A stretch of DNA of 64,000 nucleotides from an uncultured delta proteobacterium (GTDB taxonomy: Bacteria > Desulfobacterota > Binatia > UBA9968). Location: NCBI GenBank assembly GCA_963755715.1, contig CAVWLW010000001.1, positions 96,001-160,000 on the forward strand, written 5' to 3'. Below, one piece after another: positions 40,552 through 49,005 of this stretch; within the stretch, counting starts at the first letter, position 1; each line of letters begins with the position of its first letter. A program made the translations under genes and the position numbers. The notes beneath the pieces are model-generated. The model was not told where the DNA came from, ran no database searches, and worked only from the letters and a program-made list of their open reading frames with translations.

Positions 40552-41454
40552 ATGGCGAAAGAACCGATCATAGAATCCGAAGGCGCCGCCCTTGACGCGG
40601 TCTTGGGAGAACTGCAAAGCGAGCACGCGGTAAAGGAAATCAGCGGCTGGGAAACTGGCTTTGTGAACTTGAGCCGCGCCTTGGACGGCATGCGGCCGGG
40701 GCTTTACCTATTCATCGGACCACCCGCAAGCGGCAAAACCGCCTTCGCCAAACAGCTCCTCGATCAAACCGCCATGCACAGCCGGGTGACGGGAATGTAT
40801 TTTAGCTTCGCGGAAACCAAGAAAGAATTGCGCATAAGAACGCTCGCGCGCTTGAGCGGGCTGGATCAACGCGAGATCCGTCGCGGCAGCGCTTATCTGC
40901 TGCACTGGTACGGTGTGCCGCGATTAGCCGGCAGTGAAGCTAGCGACCTGCCGCCGAGTTGGGAAAAACTGAAACGCTCGGCCGAAGACGCCAAGAGCTG
41001 GCTCGACTTGAGCTACCTGATCGAGTGTCAACGCGGCACGACCGTGCAGGCGATCGAAGCGCAAATTACCCACAATCGCGCGCGCAGCGGCTCAGAGCAA
41101 ATGATGATTGTTATCGACGATTGCCAGCGGCTCGGTGGCGCCGATCAACCGTTGGACATGCGCTTGCCGCTTGTCGCCGAGCAGCTACAAGAAATCGCCG
41201 TGAGCCTCAACATGCCTGTGTGGGCCGTGTGGCCGAGTCTTGACGCCGGAGGCATGGCTGGGGAAGCGTGGCGCGAGAAAGTCGCGAGCCCGGACGTAAT
41301 CTTGGTGCTGGAACAAGACCGTGAACGCACCAGGAAACTGACCGAACCCAATCAGGCGATCATTTTGCACGTCGTAAAAAACCGCGGCGGTGAAAAAGGT
41401 CGACTTGCTTTCGATTTTTTTCCGGCGTTTTCAAGATTCACTGAAGCACCATAG
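40552..41454 (+). CDS. DnaB-like helicase C-terminal (RecA-fold) domain protein
   Basis: TGF..L...L.GM.PG, GPPASGKT, FSF.E, VIDD.Q, KNRGG arginine finger. Confidence 0.75.
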   Translation: MAKEPIIESEGAALDAVLGELQSEHAVKEISGWETGFVNLSRALDGMRPGLYLFIGPPASGKTAFAKQLLDQTAMHSRVTGMYFSFAETKKELRIRTLARLSGLDQREIRRGSAYLLHWYGVPRLAGSEASDLPPSWEKLKRSAEDAKSWLDLSYLIECQRGTTVQAIEAQITHNRARSGSEQMMIVIDDCQRLGGADQPLDMRLPLVAEQLQEIAVSLNMPVWAVWPSLDAGGMAGEAWREKVASPDVILVLEQDRERTRKLTEPNQAIILHVVKNRGGEKGRLAFDFFPAFSRFTEAP

Positions 41455-41457
41455 CGG

Positions 41458-42203
41458 CTAAGATTCCCAGCGATAGAGTTGGATTGTAGCGGGCTCGACC
41501 CTCGTATACCAACGCTCCCTCATAATCGGCGACGACGTTCAATTCGATCAATGACCAGCCCGGTACGTTGGCGTCGATCCGCGCCTGTTCGCCGGCTTGC
41601 GGCGAGGCCTATGTTTACCTCATCCAAGTCGCCCGATAGGCCGGTGCCCTTCGCTTTAAGGAACGCTTCCTTGCTCGTCCAACATTTATAAAACGCTTGG
41701 CGGCGCAGGTGCGCCGGCAGGGCGCGCAGCGCGGCTACCTCGCCGGCGGTAAAAAATCGCTCGGCGACTTCATCGAAGGCAAAATCCGCGTTGACAAACT
41801 CGACGTCGATACCGACTTCACGAGAACGAGCTACGGCCAGTAAGGCCACGCCGTGAGAATGAGAAAGGTTGAAGGCAACTCGGCTTTCCGCCTGGGGTGC
41901 GCCTAGTTTTGGTTTGCCGTGGCCGCCGAGGTCGAACTGCAAGTTTCCGGGGAGAGTCTCTGTATATTGCGCCAAGATCGAGCGCAAAGCGGCGTGTGCG
42001 ACCGTGAATAGCAAACGATCTTTGGCAAACTTGAACCTATCGGCGCGAGCCTGTTCTGCAGCCGATAGCAGAGCGGCGTATGCGCCTAAGTTGTCGGCGG
42101 CGGTTTCCGCCGCCTCAATCAGCCAAACATGGATTTCGTTTGCATCCAAAAGGAGACCGGCAGGGGGCGAGCGCCAAACGGATTTGAAAGATTGGTTCGG
42201 CAC
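41458..42203 (-). CDS. Sfp-type 4'-phosphopantetheinyl transferase (3' frameshifts)
   Basis: GKP, FNLSHS, GIDVE, WTSKEAFLKAKGTG. Confidence 0.9.
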
Positions 42204-42488
42204 GGTTCTTCGCAGTACTTTGCTCCGAACGAGCTAAAGATCAAGTTCCCGTCGCAGTCTCTGCCCGACCGCAAGCGACCCGAGATCATTGACTTCCATC
42301 AACGCACCCCCCGGCGGATATCGAAAACCAGCTATCCATCGACAAGCTCTTCAATGACGACAGCGTCGAGCTCTTGGCCAAACTCCGCAGCGGCAGCGCG
42401 TGGCGGTTCAATCCTCACAGTTATGCTATCGGCAGCAGAGCGCCGAAGGTTTACCCGGAATTCAGGATTTGTGGAGCATTATGGGCAA

Positions 42489-42803
42489 TCAGGCGAAATC
42501 TTGGTGTGGCGCGATCCCTGTCACAATCACTTTATCGCCTTCCCGAATGATTTGAAGATCGCACGGGCCGTGGAACAAAATCATCGTGCGGGGATGTTCG
42601 TAAACGGTTGTTTTATGGGGAATCTCTTCGATGTAAACGTCGAACATGCGGCCTGCCGGCAAATTGACGGTCTGAGTGTGCATTAAATCGCCTTCGAAGA
42701 AAACTTCGATCCAGTTGCGATTCTCGGTAACCGCGAGAATGAGACCGGCGGCGTTCTTAATCGTCGCGATCAACTCCTCGCCTTCGATCGTTTGCGCCGC
42801 CAC
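42489..42803 (-). CDS. Hypothetical beta-rich small protein, last gene of the operon
   Basis: 104-aa ORF starting 12 nt after the ligase stop. Confidence 0.7.
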   Translation of the reverse strand: MAAQTIEGEELIATIKNAAGLILAVTENRNWIEVFFEGDLMHTQTVNLPAGRMFDVYIEEIPHKTTVYEHPRTMILFHGPCDLQIIREGDKVIVTGIAPHQDFA

Positions 42804-42815
42804 GGCTAGAATCCG

Positions 42816-44345
42816 TTAATTCGCCAGCAAGGTTTGCGCGTCGCGAATCGATTTGCCGGACGAAGTGCGCGGCAGTGAATCGCGCACGACGATTTTATCC
42901 GGCACTTTGAAATTGGCCAAATTAGCGCGCAAAAACGCCAACAACTCTTTTTCACTGAGGTGCGCGCCGGGACGGGGCACGACGGCGGCACCGATCACCT
43001 GGCCGCGTTTGCCATCCGGTATTGCGAAGACGATATTTTCCTGCACGCCTGGATAAGTATAGATCAGGTTTTCCACTTCAGCGGGGTAAACGTTGAGCCC
43101 GCCGGTGATGATCATGTCGTCGCGCCTGCCGAGATGGTAATAGTAGCCGTCCGTGCCGCGTTTGCCGACGTCGCCGGTATAAAGCCAGCCGTCGCGAACC
43201 CGCTCGGCGGTGGCGTCGGGCCGGCGAAAATAACCTTTCATCACGTGAGGACCGCGGGTGATGATCTCGCCGGGCTCATCGACGCCCAGCTCATTGCCTG
43301 CCTGGTCGATGATCTTAACTTCGACACCCGGCACGGCCCGGCCGATGCTGCCCACTTTTGCTTCGGCCTGGTTCGGCTCTACCAAAGTGATTAGCGGAGA
43401 GGTCTCCGTCAAGCCGTAACCTTGAATGACTTTGATATGCGGCTGGGCAGATTGAAAGGCACGCAAGAGCGGCAGCGGAATGCTGGTGCCCATCATCGCG
43501 GCGATTTTCACGCTGCTGGTATCATAGCTCGCCAGATTTTTTACTCCCATCAAGAGCTGGAAGACGATCGGCACGCTTTCAAAAACACTGACCCGGTATT
43601 TTTGGATGCCCTCCAAAAGCGTGATCGGATTGATCTGATCGAAGATCACCAGCGTGTAACCGCGCTCGGCTAGTTCGTTGCAGACGACTGGCCCGACGAT
43701 ATGCGACATCGGCAAGATACAGCCGCGGATCGTCGATGTGTCGGTGATGCCGAACTCGCCCATCACGCGCGGATACTGGTTGAGATTGCGATAACTCAAC
43801 ACCACGCCTTTGGGCTCGCCGGTGGTGCCCGATGTGTAGAGAATCAATGCGTCGTCGTCGGCTTGCAAGTTTGGCGCAGACACCGTCCCGGCCGATGTCG
43901 CGCGCCGGCTTTCAAAGCTGCGCGTGCCGGTGCCGTTGACAATCCAGGTCGGGATCGACGTGAGTGTTTTAAAATTTTCTTCGACTTCCGAAAATAACTG
44001 GCTGTGCACGATCAGCAAACTCAGATCGGCATCGCTTAAAACCCCTTGCAGCTCTTTTCCCTTGAGCCGGGCGTCGAGGATGACCGTCACCGCGCCGATT
44101 TTCTGCGTCGCGTAATAACTGAGCGGTATCGCCGTGGAATTGGGTAGCAAAAGGCCGACCCGGTCGCCCCGGCGGATGCCTTCCCTTTGCAGATGCGAGG
44201 CCAACGCCTGCGCCTGGTGATTCAACTCGCCAAACGTTAGTTGCTCCTCCTTCGCGATAATCGCGGTTTTTTGCGCTTGACGAGCGGCGGTTTTTTCCAG
44301 AACTTCAGCCGCAAAAAAACCTACTGAATCGGTATGGTTTGCCAT
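42816..44345 (-). CDS. Acyl-CoA synthetase / AMP-dependent ligase
   Basis: YTSGTTGEPKG, QGYGLTE, TGD, GRRDD, GG.NVYP.EVE, PRT.SGK. Confidence 0.92.
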   Translation of the reverse strand: MANHTDSVGFFAAEVLEKTAARQAQKTAIIAKEEQLTFGELNHQAQALASHLQREGIRRGDRVGLLLPNSTAIPLSYYATQKIGAVTVILDARLKGKELQGVLSDADLSLLIVHSQLFSEVEENFKTLTSIPTWIVNGTGTRSFESRRATSAGTVSAPNLQADDDALILYTSGTTGEPKGVVLSYRNLNQYPRVMGEFGITDTSTIRGCILPMSHIVGPVVCNELAERGYTLVIFDQINPITLLEGIQKYRVSVFESVPIVFQLLMGVKNLASYDTSSVKIAAMMGTSIPLPLLRAFQSAQPHIKVIQGYGLTETSPLITLVEPNQAEAKVGSIGRAVPGVEVKIIDQAGNELGVDEPGEIITRGPHVMKGYFRRPDATAERVRDGWLYTGDVGKRGTDGYYYHLGRRDDMIITGGLNVYPAEVENLIYTYPGVQENIVFAIPDGKRGQVIGAAVVPRPGAHLSEKELLAFLRANLANFKVPDKIVVRDSLPRTSSGKSIRDAQTLLAN

Positions 44346-45320
44346 ATTGCAAATGCCCTCTGAAACGGTTTGTACCAGCGCGACAATTGCGCCAGCTCGC
44401 CTCGCTGTAATTTTAATTTTCCTTGCTGGGTCGCCATGAACGCGTCGATGCGATTGTTAAACACCGCGCGCCACCACTCCGCTTGACCGCCGATCAAGAA
44501 CTCACCGCCGTCACCGGGATTGAGTTCGGTAATCGTGCCATCGCGAAATTGCACCGTCCAAGTCTTGCCGCCCTCTTCGAGTAAGAGCGTCAACGAGGTC
44601 GTCAAACTCGTGGCGGCGCCATCGGCACGAAATTGCGAATCCTGATTGGCGCTATCGACCAATGCTTGCATGTGTTCTTGGGAGAATAGCGCATAGCCTT
44701 TTCCCGATTGCACCCCCACCCCAGTCGGCTTTTCTGTCGAATCAGCCGGCGGCGCCCCGCCTTTGCCTACCCGCTCTTTAAAAAATTGGCAATGCACCGC
44801 CTCTTCGAGCAAATCGGTGATCAGAAAGGCTTCCTGAAAATCCTTGCCGATAGCGACGGTGCCGTGTCCTTTGATAATCACCACCGGATGGTATTTGAGC
44901 GCTTCGACGACCGCCTGCGGCCGAGTCACCGTCGGCGTGTCCTGGGGAATGATCGGCACCTCGCCGATCGTATATTTCTCTTCATAGCTAAGCGGCACGA
45001 AGCTTTCATGCGTCAGCGAAAAAGCGAGCACCATGGGCGGGTGGACGTGGACGATCGCCTGCGCGTCGGTGCCGGCGTACACGGCCAGATGCATCGGCGT
45101 TTCACTCGACGCCCGCTGCGCCGTGTTGATCGGTTTGCCGTTCTGATCGAGCGCCACCAAATCCTTGGGCGAAAGAAAACCGAGCGGCGCATGCTGTCCG
45201 GTAATCATGAAACATTTCTTGTCGAGCCGGCAGCTTAGATTACCGCCCCAGCCGCTGACCAGCCGACGCTCAAAGAGCAGCTTGCCCCAGCCGAATCATT
45301 TCGCGTTCGAGGGTAGTCAT
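44321..45320 (-). CDS. Class II aldolase (FucA/Ald2/MtnB-like) fused to C-terminal SCP2 sterol-carrier-like domain; frameshift near 45290
   Basis: GGNLSCR, SSETPMH, VHVHP, KGHG; tail LFS.E.......N.D..F, W...F....DAFMA..QGKLKL.RG. Confidence 0.82.
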
Positions 45321-45323
45321 CGA

Positions 45324-46841
45324 TTAATTCTTGAACAGCGACCAGGGCACTACTTCCGATTCAAGCGGACGAACGGCAACACCCGCAGGGCAGATATCCT
45401 TGCCCAAGAAGGTCGAAACATCGTTGTCGGGAGTCGAAGCTTTGCATGCGTCGCCGTTGAAAAGCTCAATGGCAACGCCGTGCAGGCGCGCCAACTGAAC
45501 GGCGAGCAACGACCCGCAAATCCCGCTTGGCCCCTCCGCCGCTAGGTTTTCGTAAAACAGACACAGCTTGCGAATCTCGCCTTGGGCGAAAAGCGTTCCC
45601 ATGACATTGTCGGAGATCAGGGTCGTCGGCGCGCGACGCTTCAATAGCTCGCGCGCGACCACCTGCGCGCCCCAGAGCTGCGGCCGCATCTCGGGCACGA
45701 GAATGCTTGCGGCTTGCTCCGCCTTCAGGGCGCTCAGCAAAAAGGCATATTGATTCTTCGGCGGCACGCCGTAAATCAGAATATATTTTCCGTCTTCGCT
45801 TGCCTTTTCCGGATCGGGCGTTGCCGCGATCTGATACTTGCGGCGAAAAGTTTCCGGCGTGTAGAGATCATCGAAGCCGATCAGATGGGTAACCAGTCGT
45901 GCCGGCGTGACATCGAACGACGGATAACGCGCGTTGAGAACGGGATCGTCAACGACGGTGATCGGCTGTCCCTGAAACTTCAGCAACTCTGCTACTGGGC
46001 GTTCCTCAATCGGCACATCGATGCCTCGTTCCAACGAGCGCGGATCCTGCACCAATGCATGAAACGGTACGCCGTACTCGCGCGCCATGAGCGCCAGCGG
46101 ATAGGTGCCGACCTTATTGATGATATCGCCGTTTTGCGCCACGCGATCGGCGCCGACGATCACCGCGTTGACTTCACCCGCAGCCATTACCTGTGCCACC
46201 GCGGCATCGGGAATCAGCGACACCGCAACGCCCGCTTGAGCAAGCTCCCAAGCAGTCAAGCGCGCGCCCTGCAGGTAGGGCCGCGTTTCCGTGGCGACCA
46301 CGGAAAACTCTTTGCTCAACTCGCGACAACACTGAGCGACGGCAACCAGCTCACCGCTCACGTTGCAATGCGTCAGCACGCGCGCCGGATTCGGCAATAT
46401 GGCTGCCGCCCGGCGCGCCCGGGCTTGCCGCGCGTGCATGATCTGCTGGCCGAATTCGCGCGCCTGCCTGCCGATAGTCTCGCCGGCGGCGGCGCCGGCA
46501 GGCAATCGGACGAACCATTCGTCAAAGAAACACTCGAGGCCGCGAAAATCGAAGGTCGGCCGGGCGGCGCAAAATTGCTGCGTCATTTCTGCGATGCGCG
46601 CCCGCAGCGCGGCGGCATCGCTGTGCGTATCACGTTGCGCCAACAGCGCGCCGCTATAAAGAAAGGCCAGCACCTGCCCGAAGGCGCGGGTTTTCATTTC
46701 GCGCACGGCGTCGAGCGCTTGCTCGACTTCGCTGATTTGGATGTAGTGGATTTCCTCGGGCACGAGGGTCTCGTCGAGAATCTTAAACCCGTCGCCATCC
46801 CACAACACCGGTTCGAACAACGGACTCGGATTGACATTCAT
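45324..46841 (-). CDS. mtnA: Methylthioribose-1-phosphate isomerase-like protein with C-terminal degenerate domain duplication
   Basis: LDET.VP, ARPT, THCN, ETRPYLQGARLTAWEL, GADR..NGD..NK.GT, PIEER, FDVTP. Confidence 0.85.
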   Translation of the reverse strand: MNVNPSPLFEPVLWDGDGFKILDETLVPEEIHYIQISEVEQALDAVREMKTRAFGQVLAFLYSGALLAQRDTHSDAAALRARIAEMTQQFCAARPTFDFRGLECFFDEWFVRLPAGAAAGETIGRQAREFGQQIMHARQARARRAAAILPNPARVLTHCNVSGELVAVAQCCRELSKEFSVVATETRPYLQGARLTAWELAQAGVAVSLIPDAAVAQVMAAGEVNAVIVGADRVAQNGDIINKVGTYPLALMAREYGVPFHALVQDPRSLERGIDVPIEERPVAELLKFQGQPITVVDDPVLNARYPSFDVTPARLVTHLIGFDDLYTPETFRRKYQIAATPDPEKASEDGKYILIYGVPPKNQYAFLLSALKAEQAASILVPEMRPQLWGAQVVARELLKRRAPTTLISDNVMGTLFAQGEIRKLCLFYENLAAEGPSGICGSLLAVQLARLHGVAIELFNGDACKASTPDNDVSTFLGKDICPAGVAVRPLESEVVPWSLFKN

Positions 46842-46867
46842 AACTTTAACGGGACGCGCGTGGTGGT

Positions 46868-47602
46868 TTACAGATATTGCAACGCCTTGCGCGCCACATC
46901 GATGGTTTTTTTCTCCGCCTCGAAGAACTGCGGATCGCGAAAACCAAACTTGCCGTGGAGACATTCATCGGAGACCGCTAGCACGGCACCGGCCTTCTTG
47001 CCGCGCACCTGCGCGATCGTCAGAAAGGTCGACGTCACCATGTCGATGCTCGAGAGGTTTTGCTCGCTCAATTGCTGAATCAGCTCCGGAGTTTCCTGAA
47101 ACAGCGCGTCGGTGGTGAAGATCCAGCCGAGATGATAGCGCACGTTCAAACTGTCGGCGGCCTTCTTGAGAGCGTCGACAATCTCCGGGTGAGCAATAGT
47201 GGAAAAATTCTCCGCGACATAGTAGCGCGAGGTGCCTTCGCCGCGCAGCGCCCCAGTAACGATCACCAGATCGCCGATGCTTACGTTTTCCTGCAGCGAG
47301 CCGCAACTGCCGACGCGGATCAATGCCTCAGCGCCGGCGCCGCAGAGAATTTCAGTGGTGATCGCCGTATCCGGCGCGTAACGGCCGCCATTGCCGACCG
47401 TGACGCGCTTGCCGTCGAGCGCCCCCGTGTACATCTCGTAATCGAGAAAAGTGAAATTCTTTTGCGGATTTTCCAGCAATCGTAAAATCGCTTCGCTGCG
47501 TTCTTTAGGACCGGGGATCAGCGCGTAAGCGCCGAGGGAGTCCGGCTTGAGACCGAGCATCGACAGCATGCGTTGCGGCGTAAAGTGTGCTTCTTTAAGC
47601 AT
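46868..47602 (-). CDS. Nucleoside phosphorylase (NP-I, uridine/purine phosphorylase family)
   Basis: LIPG...R, IRVGSCGSL, RGEGTS..Y, TTDA.F.E, AVSD. Confidence 0.88.
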   Translation of the reverse strand: MLKEAHFTPQRMLSMLGLKPDSLGAYALIPGPKERSEAILRLLENPQKNFTFLDYEMYTGALDGKRVTVGNGGRYAPDTAITTEILCGAGAEALIRVGSCGSLQENVSIGDLVIVTGALRGEGTSRYYVAENFSTIAHPEIVDALKKAADSLNVRYHLGWIFTTDALFQETPELIQQLSEQNLSSIDMVTSTFLTIAQVRGKKAGAVLAVSDECLHGKFGFRDPQFFEAEKKTIDVARKALQYL

Positions 47603-47604
47603 GA

Positions 47605-48828
47605 TCAGAGCGCCTGATCGATAAATTCGAGCAAATCTTGCGTCGGCAACGCAGGTTCTTTGAGGTCAGCGAAAGACCGCCCGCAGAGCGCGCTCGAGGT
47701 GAGCACGACTTCGGCGCCGGTGGCCGCGGCCTCACGCAAGCGATCGGCGGCGTTCCACTGCGCCAGCTCGGGATCCGCTTCGGGCACTCCACCCCCGCCG
47801 CCGCAGCACCAGCTCCAGCGTCGATTACGTTCCATCTCGACTAGCTCGAGGCCGGGAATCGCGCGAAGAATTCTTCGCGGCGGCTCATAAACGCCGCAGC
47901 CGCGGCCGAGATGGCAGGAGTCGTGGTAGGTGACTTTCTTCTTTATCGGCTTGGTAAATTTTAGAGAACCCGAATCGAGCAGCCGGGCGACATATTCAAT
48001 GCCATGCAGCGCTTCAAATTGGCCAGCGCCGGTCTTGGCGTATTCGCGCCAGATTCGTTGACAACTGCCGCAGGCGACAACCACTTGGGTAATACCGCCG
48101 GCAGCGATTGTCGCCAGATTATTTTCTTTCAAGCGTTCGTACTCGCGACGGAAGCCGAGGTCGAAGGCATAAAGGCCGCAGCATTTTTCCTCGCTGCCGA
48201 GAAAGACAAAATCTTCGCCCGCCTTTTGCATGATCTTGGCGAGCGCGACCGCGCCGCTCCGGCCACTCGAACGATCCGCCGAACAGCCGGCGAAAAGCAA
48301 GGTGCGCGCGTTGGACTCGCCCAGTTTCTTGAGCCCAAGCCCCTCGGCCCAAGCGCCCCGGTCGACCTTTGGCTGCGCCCACGGGTTGTCATGTTGGCGC
48401 AAGCCTTCGTAAATCGGTCGATGCGGCTCGATCGGACCTTCCTTCTCGGTGATCTCCTCGCGCATGGCCACGGTGATATCCCAGGGTCCATAACCGTCGT
48501 CGCGCACGCCGCAAAGTTCCTGGCACATCAGGCAATTCGTGCAGGCGTAGATGACTTCTTTGAGCTCAGGCGTAATCGGATCCAGACCGTGAAAAACCCG
48601 CTGCGCCATCAGCCAGCGCGACTTCGGCGTGTGACGCTGGAAGCGATAAAACTCATAGGGTGGACACTTCTCTTTCGGTCCCACCACATCTTCCATTGGA
48701 TTGGCCGGACCATGGCCGTAACAGGAGCCGCACAGAACGCAGCCGCTGCTGCGCTCGCTCAAATCTTTGGCGTAGAGCCATCTTTTGACCCGTTCGAGCC
48801 CGAGCAATTTTTTCTCTTCGTTTTTCAT
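47605..48828 (-). CDS. Fe-S oxidoreductase with 4Fe-4S motifs and two CCG domains (GlpC/HdrD-like)
   Basis: CVLCGSC..CP, CTNCLMCQELC, EKCCG, TYHDSCHLGR, WCCGGGGG. Confidence 0.9.
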   Translation of the reverse strand: MKNEEKKLLGLERVKRWLYAKDLSERSSGCVLCGSCYGHGPANPMEDVVGPKEKCPPYEFYRFQRHTPKSRWLMAQRVFHGLDPITPELKEVIYACTNCLMCQELCGVRDDGYGPWDITVAMREEITEKEGPIEPHRPIYEGLRQHDNPWAQPKVDRGAWAEGLGLKKLGESNARTLLFAGCSADRSSGRSGAVALAKIMQKAGEDFVFLGSEEKCCGLYAFDLGFRREYERLKENNLATIAAGGITQVVVACGSCQRIWREYAKTGAGQFEALHGIEYVARLLDSGSLKFTKPIKKKVTYHDSCHLGRGCGVYEPPRRILRAIPGLELVEMERNRRWSWCCGGGGGVPEADPELAQWNAADRLREAAATGAEVVLTSSALCGRSFADLKEPALPTQDLLEFIDQAL

Positions 48829-48851
48829 CGAACCGCGTTCAAGCAAAATTA

Positions 48852-48894
48852 GTTAAAGCCTTAACCTTTATAGCTCGCCATTTCGAACTGTCAA
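48852..48894 (-). promoter_or_regulatory. Sigma70 promoter with an inverted repeat over the start site (candidate MarR operator)
   Basis: TTGACA-16-TATAAA; GTTAA-AGCC-TTAAC at 48852-48865. Confidence 0.65.
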
Positions 48895-49005
48895 TAATTG
48901 TCGTTCAAGCGCGCTGCCAGATTGCAAGTCGGCGAAGCGGCGCGAACGGGGTGGTTTAGGCTCGATCCGCTGGAAGTCAGTCGGAAAACGCCGTCGGCGC
49001 TTTAA

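Noticed and set aside
42204-42488. Possible acyl carrier protein gene between the PPTase and the operon
   Set aside because: I found no intact ORF with a DSL-type phosphopantetheine site on either strand; only fragmentary protein-like stretches on the plus strand.
45714-47078. 454-aa plus-strand ORF and similar long antisense ORFs (7087..8217, 19659..20660, 48004..48852, 58167..59003)
   Set aside because: These are shadow ORFs opposite well-supported genes in GC-rich DNA, with no recognisable motifs.
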